64,000 bases of DNA from Antedon mediterranea (taxonomy: Eukaryota; Animalia; Echinodermata), in contig NC_092679.1 in the NCBI RefSeq assembly GCF_964355755.1, positions 19,203,432 to 19,267,431 of the forward strand. Reading direction: 5' to 3'. The position numbers and the translations under genes are program-made. The notes beneath the pieces are model-generated. The model was given only the letters and a program-made list of their open reading frames with translations, had not been told where the DNA came from and searched no databases. Shown piece after piece: positions 1 through 13,239 of the stretch; positions within the stretch are counted from its first letter, which is position 1; each line of letters begins with the position of its first letter.

Positions 1-231
1 AAGATTCTACCCTAACTAAGATGCTAGGCTAACTGTAGACATTGGATATGTATTGTTAGTTGTTATTTGTTGAATTAGGCTAAACAGAGTAAAAAATATG
101 TTTTATGAATTTTGTTGAATATTTATGTTTGGTTATTGTTATTTATTTTGTATTTCTTTCTGAAAAACAACAAATATATTAAAATAATAATCAAATTTTT
201 TAATATTCATTTTGTGTGTAAATAATCATAG

Positions 232-3200
232 ACTGAAAAAACGAATCAGTTAAAAGAATTGCAGCTAGAATGCAACTTCCTGCCGTTCTTTCTAAACTAT
301 TTGAGAGATAGTACAAGTCACCTCATCTGTTCTGTAAACTCTTCAACCAATACACCTGCCAAGACACCAACAAGTGCACAGAAGCTACGCCGAATAGTGA
401 AGAACACGCCACAGAACTCTTCACAACGCCGTCGAGGAAATCGTACAAAGTTATTCAGTCCTAACGTATCGTCACAAACTGAGGGTTCTTTTCAACATTC
501 AACTCCTGAAAATAACTTTTCTCCGTCTAATTTTTCGTGTAATACCTCGAGTAGCACCAGAAGCCAACAGAGCGGATCATCACAGGAGAGGTCAAGACGT
601 GATGATAGGTCATGGAAAAAAGAAAGTCCGTCTCCTGGGTTTGTAACCCCCATCAAATCTGATTCCTTCACTTTGGCGCAGTTCCTTACACCAGATTCGA
701 TGGGAAGACGCATGAAAACTAAAAGTCCTTCATTGTTAGATGGTGACAATCAAGAAACAGCTTTTAACTACCAGACTCCTCCCAGCGGATCTCACAAGAG
801 ATCTGGAGGAAGAAAAAGTGGCGGGAGTGGAAGAAAGCCAAAGAATACTCCTCCGCAACATTGCATAGATGCACCAACTGATTTTAAACTTGACGCAGAA
901 GATTTTCCTTCAATTGGTTCTGCCAAATCTGGCAAACCAAGGAGGATTACTCCGACACCAGTTAACAAAGAAGCAAGGAAAGTCAACAATGCTTTGTTTA
1001 CCATGCCTTCTGAAAGCAAAGGTAATGAAGCATTTCAGAATGCTGTCATAAGCCCTCAGAAGTCTTTGAAAGAGGAAAGAGAACTTCTTCGTCAGTTGAA
1101 AAGACGCGATTCACTGCCTCAAGAGGAAGGCGGAATGATGTCTCCCGGTAGAATGGTTCCAAAAACGCCAACCAAACCTCTTTTAAGACCCGCTGTTGGT
1201 GAGGTTATGGCTCAGCGTTGTCTGGTCACACAGTCGGATAAACTGGACATTTTAGCTGAACTGTATTCACGGTTTTTAAAAGGTATGGCTTTTTATTATT
1301 TCAGATAAACTACAGTAGAAAACATTTCTACAAATATACGCCACTTTGACTATTAACAAGAAAAAAGGTGTCAATAACTTAAATATGTATTGTCCTTAAA
1401 AAACATGAATAATGAAGATTAATACCAAAAGAATTTAAAAAGGCCATTTCGCAGTTTCAATAAATTTATCACATACGTAAAAAAAAATATATTTGATATT
1501 AAACAAAAACCTTTTGAATTTAAATTATGTTTTCAGGGTGACAATATATCTTTTGAATTTCCTATGAATAAGTGACCCACACTAAACTTGATTTTGAGAA
1601 AAAGTATACAGCATGTAATTAGAAAGATTATTCAGAGAGCTGACTGTGTTTCCATTTCTCTTTTAGAGTGTCTTATTCCAAACTTGCCATTAGAGATCTA
1701 TTTCTTGGTGCAGCTCCTGACATCACATGGACGTACTTCTGATGACGTCATTCCTGAGACCAGCGATCCTGAAGATACCAACTACCTCTCAACAGTACAT
1801 AACTGTGTTTACTTTGCTGTGAAGGTGTTGGAAGGCCAATCCCGGTAATTTATATATTTAAATATTGTTTCTTTATTTAGAAACTGACACATAAAGATCT
1901 AATCTGTATCTTGTTATCTATTTGAATTATTTTCTTATTTTCAGAATTTTGGCGCTTCTAGATGAAACAACGATGAAATTAATTTCTGAAAGCGACAGCA
2001 TAATTGAGTTCAGTCCTCATTTTAGTGATCACTTCCTGTCTGAATCAATGACCCCTGGTAGAACAGCTTCGCTCCCCATGTTCACATCGCCTGTTAATGC
2101 TGTACACTTTTCAGCTGACACTGATAACAGACAAAACTTTCCATCAAATCAATCTTTTCATAGCTTTAAAAAGCAACGGTGAGTTTTTTTATAAAGATAA
2201 TTACCTTATGCTTTAATAATAATAATTTCTGTAGATTTTATTCACATGCTCTAAGTCGAAAAAGCGATGTGAAAGGGGAAGAGGACAATTGCAGAGCTGT
2301 CGTAATACCATAACAGACAATTTAATATTTTGTTTTATAGGGACCAGTTTTATGAACTTTTACGCGAATGGGAAGACAACCATCGATTACCAGGTTGGAA
2401 TATGAAGGAGATGCAAGCCGCAAAAATTAGGTTAGTGACAAAAAACTTACTTCATCTTATTTTCACAAAGCTTGTTAAAATTATTTGGTCAACAGCATTT
2501 ACCTTCCATTTACAGTGACTTGTTTAGTATTATCCACCACTGTTGTATTTTTGTGTAATTATATATATTTAACTGCAATATTACACATTTTTTTGTTTAC
2601 TAGATCAGTTATACGGCAAGCCACTGATCCCACAAACTACATACATTTTGCTAGGCTCTTCCGATCTCAACTTATAACAGTAAGTATACTGTATGTAGTA
2701 AAAAGCCATGCTTTGAACCATAAGTGCATACATTATCCTGGAGAATGTGACGTCAAATTACATATTTTTGTTCAATCAACAAACCTTTTTTTTATTTACC
2801 TGTTGTAGATGTGTCAGGGAGATTCAAGTTTATTCACAGGATCTGATACTGAAAATGAGCATCTGCTAAATCAACTAAAGAAATGCAATCCTGAAAAGTT
2901 TAAAAGGTAAGAAAACAAGTAAGGTAAATAAACTAGTGAAACTAGTGTTTGTTAAGTTAATTACTGTTAATTTCATTGTCAGAGAATATGATCACCTCAC
3001 TGTCCTTTTTTTTACTTAAGTTTATTTAATGTTCTCTTTTTTTCACTTAAGTTTTTTTAAATGTTCTTTTCATTATTTTCAAGACTACAAGAAAGATTTT
3101 TCACTCCATTTCGATCTGTTGGTCCGTGCCCTACACCAAGTTTTAACGGATGCCAGGAATTTTTTAGAGATTTTATTCTGTCTGCTGAAAGGTAGTTTTT

Positions 3201-6200
3201 AATTTTTCAGTTACCTTAATATTTTTCCTAATATATACAGTACATGTTTTATTTTTTTGTCACTTAAATATCTTTTATTTTGCTAAGTGGCTAACTATTG
3301 ATCCTTAAGCATTTATTGAAATCTGTAGCAAACACGGATCATCATTATACAAATGTGTGATTCTTATGTTACTGATAAATAAAATATAAATATTTTTCAG
3401 TTATATCTTCAACCAGCACTTGATTGATAGTTTCTCTGGAAAGATTATTGAGGTAAAAATGACAAAATAACTAATATGTGGTACTGACCCACAGAAAAGA
3501 TTTGAACCTAGGATCTTGATATTTTAAGCTACCAATCTATGGTGCCGTGTATGTGAAATGAAATTTATTAAAATGAGTTTAAAGACAGTTTTCAAATGGT
3601 GATGGTGAGAATAATTCAAAATTTACTGCTCAAGCCTAGTTAAGCTTGGTTCCCACTAGGACGTAATGCAAAGACGTAAACGCAACGCAAGCGTGTTGAC
3701 CAATGACAACCGACAGTTCGAATGATTCATCGCTTGTGATTGGTAAACTACCTTACGTTGCATTACGTCTTCGTGTTGCGTCTCTAGTGGGAACCAAGCA
3801 TTAAAGTTAGAGCAGTCAATTTATCCATTGGAAATCATTGATAATTTCTAGGCCGGGAAGCCATTTATTTTGTAAAAATTTTAAACACTGAGTAGAACAG
3901 TCAGAACATGTTGATTTCCTAAAAAAAAAAATTGTCAAATTATTTACAGAGCGTGTTAAACGTTGCATTACGTCTTCGTGTTGCGTCTTTAGTGGGAACC
4001 AAGCATTAAAGTTAGAGCAGTCAATTTATCCATTGGAAATCATTGATAATTTCTAGGCCGGGAAGCCATTTATTTTGTAAAAATTTTAAACACTGAGTAG
4101 AACAGTCAGAACATGTTGATTTCCTAAAAAAAAAATTGTCAAATTATTTACAGAGCGTGTTAAATCACCATTATAAGTATAATAATAAGTAAAGGCTTTT
4201 TACAGGTGAATGATGTGTCAATCTCTCTGGCAGACAACCAGGATCAACATCAGGAGGTATGTATGTGGGTTCTATTATCTTATGTATCATCAAGTAGCAC
4301 ATTACTTTTTTGTTAAACAGGTTTGATAATGTAAACTTTTTGTTGAAAAATTTGTTGAATATATATCTTTGTTAAAGTGTTTTTTTTCCTATGTTTTTAT
4401 TAATCAGGAACAACATGAACAGTTTAAGCTAAATCTGAAGACATTACGACTTTTAAGTAAATTCTTGGGGTTCGTAGTGTTTCTGCCGTACCGCAGCCCC
4501 AGCAACAACGCACCAGGAGATATCATTAGTGATGATGTCATTGCTCTCAGAAACAAAGTAATTATTATAGTCAACGCTCCCAATAACGGACTCTCAGAAA
4601 ACCAAAGGGTCCCACATTCCTTTTTACCATTAAAACCACATTCTGAATGCTAGACTTTCCAGAAAACCAGACATATTTGGCCATCCCAAAGATGTCTGGT
4701 ATTGGGAGAGGTGACTGTATATACAAAAGCATTCGCTGTATCAAAACTATAGAGGGAGTATTCCATTTTGTGATGGCTTATGGAGGTTTAGTATTGGAGT
4801 TTGCTTTGACAATTGTCGTCAATCATCGGATTCAATTTACACGTTCCAGTGATTCTGAAGCTCATTTGAACCCAATGCAAGAAGGATAAAGGCACAAGCT
4901 TTTCCTCCTCCTAACCTCTTCTGGCCTTGTAGCCTATGAGCCTGCAGTGGCAATTTTCCAGCATGATTTGTTTTGCTTCGTTCCATGTTCTTCTTTTAAG
5001 GTATTCTCTCTCTTTCCACTGTTCTCCGCCATGTTGTTTTGGGCCGTCCGACTCTCCTCCTTTCAATATAAACGATTACAAATCTTTTTGTCTTTCAGTG
5101 TCAACCACCTCTAGACCTGGTTGGTTACGTGAAAGCAGCATTCCTTGACCGTCGCTTGGTTTACACCATTCCATGGGTGGTTGAGTTCCTTAGCATGATG
5201 GATTCAACATCCCCACATCTCCAATACTATCAAAATCTTTTGATTATCCTGGTTGACATTTACAGGTAAGTTATCTTTATGTTTTCTATGCTTATCGAGC
5301 GGTTAAAAGCACGGGCCTTGCAGCCTACTTTATAGCCATAAAATTGATGCATATTCAAGGCTCTCCTTGTCAAGAGTTCAGTGATTAAGGCAAGAGCACA
5401 GCAATCAATAGCCATAGAATCAGTTTAAGGTCACCTTGTCAATAGTTCTGGTACAGGAACAACGTAAAAACAAAGTTTTAATGTACACATAATATGGCTA
5501 GAGTGGCTCGTGTCTACTTTAAAAGAACCCAGAGAATCTTTAGTGATGAGTAGTGGTTACCCCAGTGTTTTGGTTCAGCCTCTCATTGTTATAGCAGTTA
5601 TGCTGTTCCCATGAGCCCTTCTTTACTTTCAGACTTGAATGTGGAAGTGGAGAATGAATACTTAACAGGACATCTTTACTAATTAATTGAGAAAATGATT
5701 GTAATATTGATTTGTAGATTTTCAAGTGTGAAGTTTTCTATCGAGGTTAACTTTAGCTGGTTTCTGCTCATATGCATTATGGGATGGTTGTTTGAACTTC
5801 CGATGTTTCCGCCAGCCCTCTTCTTCAATGCTTTCTCCAGCAACCACCAGGCATCTCTACCTCCTTTGCTGCCGACATCTAACGATGATGTCTTATTAGA
5901 TCACCTGAATATAGTGGACCGAAAGCTTCTTTATTCCTGCTGTCCATACCTAGCGGAAGTCAAGACTCTTCTGACTGGAAATGGTAGCATAGCTAGTAGT
6001 ACACCAATGAAGAAGATTACACCAGTGTCTGCTAACCCACTGCCGAAGCCTCTTATTACAGAAAAACCAATTCAGGTATGAAGATTTGCTCTCAGTGTGA
6101 ACACAACCTTAGCTGAATAGCACTAAAGCCTGTAGTAAAAATAACTAAAACTTATTTTGTATAGACTTAATGTTTTTGAGTGTGTTGATATCTGTCAATA

Positions 6201-8957
6201 TGCTTGCTTAAAGTCCTGTCTACACTATCAAACTTTATGTGACAATGTGATGTGGCCATATATGGACATGATGATGTCATATCACTACCATATTTGGGCA
6301 CATCACATCGTTTTGTCGTCAAACTATTTTGATAGTATAGACAGAGCTTAATACTTAATACTATTTATATTTGGTTGTTGTTATATATTTACACCTTCTG
6401 TTGCTAAGCTCATATTTGTTATATGTTGCAGAGTCTCCTCGAGACTAAGGCTGTTCTATGAGATGAGCCTCTGAGTGAAATATTTAATTTAAAAAAATAC
6501 TCATACAAGTTTAATATAATGTTAAAGCCTTGGTTAATTTAAGCAATTAGATATTTTTAATGTGAAGTTCCAGGTTTTAAATATATATATATTATCATTT
6601 CAATGTGTTTTTTTAGGTCCAACTTGAAGATAACTTCTTTGATAATCAGTCGCCGTCCTTAAAGAAAACTGTAGAGTTTGTCTCCAAAAGAATCGCGTCA
6701 AATTGTATCAAAAGCGTTGATGCTAATTTAGTACCGGTTCACCTGTCCGCGGCAACACAGACTTTCAAGTCATGGGCAGAAGACAATGGTGGCGCTGTAG
6801 ATGGTAACACCTTCAAATCAAAAGTGACTGAAATTGAACGACGAGAAAGTAAAATAGCTCAAGAAAAATCCATCACTTTTTCACAAAGGTATGTTCTTTC
6901 CTTTTCTTGTTTAGCACTTAATTTAATTCACTTTATTTATTTATCTTCTATGTCTTTAAAAAATTTATTTTCAAATTTGTGTATAGATTTGTACATGAAC
7001 AGTGCACAATGGCGCTGACCACTCTGTTGCCAGGAGACATAACACAGGAAGTAATGGCAGTTGTTACCAAGGTGACGATCAGACTGGCAATGACGAGGGT
7101 ATTGAAGTGGATCAATACTCAGATTCCAGGTAAATGGAACATCCCACCTTCATTTATATGGACCATTCCACCTTCATTTTTTAAAATCTGGCACTGTATC
7201 TTTTCCACGTCTCGAACCCAGTACTGTAGACTTGCTAGGCAAGCATATTAATATCCAAACACCACTATCACATTGTTTATATATATAACCATTCCCCTTC
7301 TCACTGCTACTACTAAATTACTGTAGCACCTAAACCTACCAACCATCCCCCTCATTTATCTTTTTTCCCCATAATGCAACTATTTTTGTATGTCAATGTT
7401 TGTAGGTGCAATACACACAGAATTAACAGGGGCACTATCTAAGCTGATGAAGTCACAGAAGAAAGATAGCCAAAAACAGAAAGTTGTAATAGTGCCCCCA
7501 ACACACCATGATTCAATGGCACACAGCCCGTCAGAGGTCATTGATAGACTAAAGGTAATACATGTTTTATTCATAGTTCAGGGGCGGATCCATGGGAAGG
7601 CCCACCCTAAATTTTTCAAAGAAAAAAGAAATAGGACATCAAATTAAGCTCAGCCCTTTATTTCACCATTTTTAGGCCCCTTCTTTCAAAATCCTGCATC
7701 TGCCACTGTTAGTGGCTGTTGACTATGTGTCTACTATTTCTACTAATAGAATTTAATTCTTTGTGTTATAATCATCAATTTTATTCAAATTGCATCTATG
7801 GAAAACTTTCTGTCAAAAATCTAATTACTGTAGTAATAATTTATTTATTATCTTCTTTATTGTTTATTTATGTAGATTACAATAAAATAAAGTCACTAAT
7901 ATAGACTTGTTGGTATTATTAACAGTTATTTTGTATTTTTTATAGAATTTGTTGCGTAAATTGTTGTGCAATGCCCCAGTAACTTTAGAAGAAGTGCAAA
8001 CAGAAATGAAATTTGTCAAAAGATCACTGCTAAAAAGACAGGTAAAACAGAGAAATTGAATAGCTGGTTATTGATACTGTATGCATACTTTGTCCAGTAT
8101 CATAGGCAAATTCTGTAATACAGTGTCACATATGTATCACATGTTCTGCCTGTATGTTAGGTCATACGCTTAACCTTAACCACAACAGTACTGTGCAAAA
8201 TATGCCAGATACAGTAGATAATTGGGTGAAAGTTGAATAACCCAACAGCCGGCTAATTCATATAATGTAATTTTTTAATTTGAGATTTTTAATTTACATT
8301 CAACAGGATATGACACCCATTGCATACCAGTCGATTCATTCATTAGTCGCAGAATTGATAGCCGTTCTCCTAGTACAATGCCCGGACTATCTGTCGGATG
8401 CTGCGGCCAATAAGAACAATGGAAACAAGCAGACGACGACGTCCATCAATTATTTTGAAGAAGTTTCTATTCAGCAAAATAGTAAAAATGTAGTAGTATT
8501 GAGAGAGAGTTGCGAAAAACTGGAAGAAACAGATGTAATTAATCAATACAGTGAGAAAAATGCACATATACAAAAGGAAAAAAATACAATGAATTTTGCG
8601 AAGGATTGTACAAATAATAAGGAAAATAAGAGAAGTGATGAAATTACAAGCACAAGCAGAAACCCAGTTACTAATGACAATCAAGAACATGTTCAAATTG
8701 ATAATAAAAAACCAAGTGAAAATATGATTGTTCCACTAGTAACGTGCACATTCAGTAAACAGGTGGACTTTGAAAACAAAATATTGTTAGATGTTATGAT
8801 GAGTTTATGGGAGGAGGGGGATTGCCCCTTAACGTTCCCCACAGCGGTGATTACGTGCAATAGGATGGACATGTTGATTGAACGCAGTGAAAACAGAGAT
8901 AAAGCCATGTCAATTAGGGAAAGAATTCCAACTAAAATTAAGATTAAACAAATATAA
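232..8957 (+). CDS. CDAN1: Codanin-1 (5'-partial, 17 exons in window, about 1307 aa encoded here)
   Basis: GT-AG exons with matching phases: 232-1282, 1667-1844, 1945-2178, 2341-2430, 2604-2679, 2809-2906, 3084-3191, 3401-3452, 4206-4256, 4408-4557, 5099-5265, 5718-6075, 6617-6888, 6987-7129, 7406-7554, 7946-8041, 8307-8957 (3924 nt, in frame to TAA). The peptides [65 protein letters not shown] and [26 protein letters not shown] match codanin-1 as recalled. Confidence 0.93.
3643..3800. mobile_element. MITE family A (PIF/Harbinger-like), intact copy
   Basis: TIRs AGCTTGGTTCCCACTAG / CTAGTGGGAACCAAGC flanked by TTA. Related copies at about 18480-19089 (interrupted), 19141-19355, 33049-33172, 37314-37453 and 37532-37692. 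Confidence 0.75.
3756..4164. repeat. Near-perfect ~205-bp tandem duplication in a CDAN1 intron
   Basis: 3756-3960 is repeated at 3961-4164, including the right half of the family A MITE. Confidence 0.9.
6212..6348. mobile_element. MITE family B (Harbinger-like)
   Basis: TIRs (GCT)CTGTCTACACTATCAAAC / TTTGATAGTRTAGACAGAGCT next to TTA/TAA. Other copies at about 19610-19730 (partial), 20774-20938, 29116-29305, 48763-48924 and 55111-55220. Confidence 0.72.
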
Positions 8958-9128
8958 TTGTTATTATATAATATTTGTTATACAAATTATAAGCAAATTG
9001 GACTAAATTGGAATATATTTTTGATAATTTTAAGATAATAATATATTAATTATAATATAATAATAAAGTATACTGTTTGTAATTTAATATTGTAGTAATT
9101 TTCATTTAAGCCCACCTTTTGAACTTAA

Positions 9129-9706
9129 AGCTCAGGTACATGCATGAATTTTAAATATAATATTTGGTTAATTGTACATAAATCAAATATTTGTAACAGA
9201 ATTCAAGACAAAAAACATGAATTTCCCTTAATATGGTCAAATACAAAATTGTGCAAAATTCTTCCATAAAAACCAAGAAAACTTTTTTTCAGTAGTTAGG
9301 TAGTTAGCCTAATGTAATAACATGTCTGGTGACTCCCTAGACGGTGAAAAAAGATGGTAAATATACGGTGGATAATTTTTGCTATAGCCTGAAAATAAAA
9401 ATCTGAAGTTGAATAAAAATATCAGAAATGTAATATTCAAGTTATATTACCTATATTTAGTCATCTGATAACATTTTTTACCACACCGTTTATTTTTCAT
9501 AGCTTTTTAAAATGCCTCTCTATTTACAAAATTTGTGTACAAAAGAATAGAGATTTTACTGTGTAATTTGAATTATCCCCCCACTGATAAGAAAGTGCTT
9601 ATTTTCAACAAGCTCGTGTAACACAAATAAAATCCCCAAGGGAAAGTATAGATCAATAATTATTGGAATGTATGATCAAAAGAAATTTTTTGCCCGTACC
9701 TGGCCT
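9129..9706. mobile_element. Non-autonomous DNA transposon with TTAA target site (Kolobok-like)
   Basis: TTAA|AGCTCAGGTAC ... GTACCTGGCCT|TTAA imperfect TIRs; no internal ORF. Confidence 0.5.
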
Positions 9707-10266
9707 TTAAAAATTAGATCTGTGTTTTTATTGCCTGCTATTCCGCCCTCTATATTTTAGAGTGTGGTAAGGAGGTATGTCTAGAATACCAAATTGGATT
9801 TCTCAGATGTGATAATTTACACAGCGTCTGGTTCTGCGACTACATTTTTGTAAAATCAAATCGGGATTGTCTAGCGTGCCAAATTGGACAATTTTTCAAC
9901 ATTTTTTTATTGTTTGTTTTTCCTGTCACTCATTGGGTATTCTATATTCCTTTGTTAAGGTATGTCTAGAATACCAAATTGGACTTCGGAAATAGTTGAC
10001 GTTTCTACCTTACTACGTCTGGATTCGAGACTACTTTTTTTATTATGCAATCGATCAATCAACTTTTATAATCAATACTAGGCTATACGTTTTCGTAAGA
10101 ACTTAGACGCATACAAAGTCAAATTATAATTGAAAGTGAACTAAGTATAAAACAAAGTAAGTACTGGACATGATCCATTGCATATTTCTGGTAGTAAACA
10201 TGTAAAATTTAACTCAGTTTCGTGATAATATAAACTAAATATATTTGTTTTTGTCTAGGCTCTGAT

Positions 10267-12711
10267 ATGCAGCGAGTTGCCATTATCGGAGCAGGGGCTG
10301 CGGGCCTTTGTGCGGCTCGATATCTATCTAAGAATCCAAGCCTTTTCCGGGCTGTAGTTTTTGAACAGTCGGACTGCGTGGGAGGAACATGGGTTTACAC
10401 GGAGAATACAGCCGTCGATCAATATGGTCTCCCAGTGCATTCAAGCATGTACTCATCTTTAAAGTAAAGTATTATTAATATTAATAAATATAAAACATTG
10501 TTTAAAATTGACATCCATTTTTTAGGGGCTGGTCAAGCACATCACAAGATGACAGTTTTATTACTTTTGCTTTTCCGCTACTCCCCTGTTATACTTTATA
10601 TTTTTTGTTATGTAGAAAGATTAAAAAAAAATAATAATAACTAAGCAGTACAGTACATATTTACATCTCTTTATGTATTTACTTTACTTCTTTGGCTTAT
10701 CAATATTATAATAGAAGCTTTTATTATTGATTCCATTCTATTATTATGATTCTAAAGTTTAGTAAACCCATCAGTTTTGAAACGAATAGACAGTAGTGCA
10801 CAGTCTTTATAATAAATGTCTTTTTATAGAACAAATTTACCAAAAGAGGTGATGGCATTTCCTGATTTTCCATTTGACAAGAACCTCTGCTCGTTTGTTG
10901 GACATCAAGATGTCTTGAAATACCTTGAAAGTTACTGTGACGCATTTCAACTAACGCAATATATAAAAGTAAATATTTATAAAGAATATTTTCATTTTAT
11001 TCAACTTTATTTATGGAAGGTGACCCTAAACAGCATATGCTGACAATCAAGGGTAACCCCCTACTCGTCTCGAAAGATGTACTTAGGTTCTTTAAATTGC
11101 ACACGAGCAAGTTGTGTACACTGGACCTACAGTTTATAGTCCTTATCCGAGAAGACTCGTTCTACCACCAGAACCATAAAGCAAGTGACGCTCAAACCCT
11201 TGCCAATGTTATGACTGTTTGCACCACCATCAGTGACTCGACAAAGTGACACTAATGTTAGCCTTAGCAGTGCATACTATTCAATTCAAAATACAGTATA
11301 ATCAAACTAAATGATAGCTTGTGTATTTTCTTTGTTCCTTTTTTCAATAATAAGCTACCCTTAAATCTGAATTTTAACTGATCTATCAAGAGGATCTGCC
11401 ATTGAGCGCATGATATGTTCTTCATTTCAGTTCCAAACTAGAGTTGAAAATGTCCAGCCAGTGTCCAGAAATGGCAAAACAACTTGGGACGTACAATATT
11501 CAAGTGTAAAGAAAGAGAAAACTGACCAAAAGAAAAAAGAAGTATTTGATGCTGTTATAGTTTGTAATGGGTGAGTAGCATTATTTAGTTCCATAAATAA
11601 TTTCATAAATAGTTTAATTATTTGTTTAATATATACTGTAGTTTAATAAATATTAAATTATTGAATTATTTAATAATAAGTCAATAATTGATAATATAAA
11701 ATTTAATAATGTTTAATAGTAATTTGATAATTAAACATTTTATTTTGTAATTTGTTGCGGTAAATAATTTTATTAACAATAATTAAAACTGATAATTATT
11801 AATGTAATTAATTAATTAATAAATGGTACTTAAATAATAAAAAAAAATAATAATTGATTTAATAAAAACAATGAGGGAAAATACCATTTATTTTTAGACA
11901 TTACTCCCTTCCGAAAATTCCTGACATTGCTGGATTGGACTCGTTCGCTGGTAACATTATTCACAGTCACACCTATAGACATGGCGAAGATTTCAAAGGA
12001 AAGAGATTGGTTGTCCTCGGCGCGGGAGCTTCTGGAATTGACATCGCGCTAGACGTGGCAAAATATGCAGCTTTTGTTACCATAAGTCACTGGAAGAGTC
12101 CGCTGAGGTCTCCACTACCAGAAAACATGAAGCAGGTAAGCGTCATCAAAGAGGTTGTCGGGAACCAAGTGGTTTTCTCTGATGACACAAGAGAGGTCGT
12201 GGACGGTATCATCTTCTGCACTGGATATAACTTTGATTTTAGCTTCTTGCATGCGGAATGCAACGTGACCGTTGATGATGGTCGTATTACACCATTGTAC
12301 AAACACATTCTCCATAGCAAGTATCCATCGTTATCCTTCATCGGAATCTGCTCAACAATCTGTCCATTCCCGATGTTTTCATGCCAGGTGCTGTTTGTCA
12401 TTTCCGCCCTCACTGGAGTCATGCAGCTTCCAAGCGAAGAGCAAATGAAAGTTGATATCGAGAATGATTACGAGAAACGACGGCGTGAAGGTCTTGCGCA
12501 TCGGCACGCTCACGTCATGGGGCCACGTCAGTGGAAGTATAATGATGATATATGTAATCTGGCCGGCGTTGACACTATACCTGAAGTGGTACAGACCCTT
12601 TATGATGCAGTTCATGATGAAAGAACTTGGAACGTTGCCGATTACAAAAAATCTAATTTTAAATTAGTTGATAACAAATCATATGAAAAAATACAGATAT
12701 TTGTTCATTAA
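10267..12711 (+). CDS. Flavin-containing monooxygenase (soluble FMO type), 429 aa
   Basis: Exons 10267-10463, 10830-10968, 11431-11570, 11898-12711 (1290 nt). Motifs: FAD-binding GAGAAG, GGTW, FMO signature FAGNIIHSHTY, NADPH-binding GAGASG, and FCTGY. Probable 5'-UTR intron 10157-10258; AATAAA near 12740. Confidence 0.95.
11005..11230 (-). mobile_element. SINE (Nin/Deu-domain-like) in an FMO intron
   Basis: The reverse complement contains CTCGGATAAGGACTATAAACTGTAGGTCCAGTGTAC...TAAAGAACC...GAGACGAGTAGGG, shared with 27905-28175 (+), 57870-58030 (+) and about 5505-5580. Confidence 0.6.
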
Positions 12712-13033
12712 TAATGTTAATACAAGTTTCCTCATGTAAAATAAAAATATATTATTAAAAATATAAAATTAGATTTTAATTAGTAATAGACCATAAGTAA
12801 TAAACATAGTGCTCATATTAGTATAATATATGGAACCCATCTTTTCTATTAAGAGAAATCTTTCTCGTAAAAATGTCCAGCAATATATGTTTCAAAACTA
12901 CATCCAAATTGGTTGGGTCCCAAGGGGTGTCTCCTTAATTTTCAAATAATAGCCGAATTTTTAACCCTTTTATTTTTAACATAACTGGTTAATATGATTC
13001 TAAAAGATGATGATAAAGGCAAGAAACTTTACT

Positions 13034-13236
13034 TACATTTGCCTTTCTCCACCCAGGTGTATAAATAGTACCCGGTTAGATCATTACACAACTTTGCGCT
13101 GATTACTAGCTGCATTATGGGAGTATCTTTCCATACGTGTTTGATCAGAAAAAAATGACTTGGGTAATAATGTTTAGCGCTTAGAGGTTTAACAACATTA
13201 GGCGCTATATAAATCCAGGATATTATATTATTATTA
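13034..13236 (+). mobile_element. SINE 3' fragment with L2-like tail
   Basis: CTCCACCCAGGTGTATAAAT core, ending AGCGCTTAGAG...GGCGCTATATAAAT plus (ATT)n. A similar tail lies on the - strand at about 55800-55880. Confidence 0.5.
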
Positions 13237-13239
13237 ATA

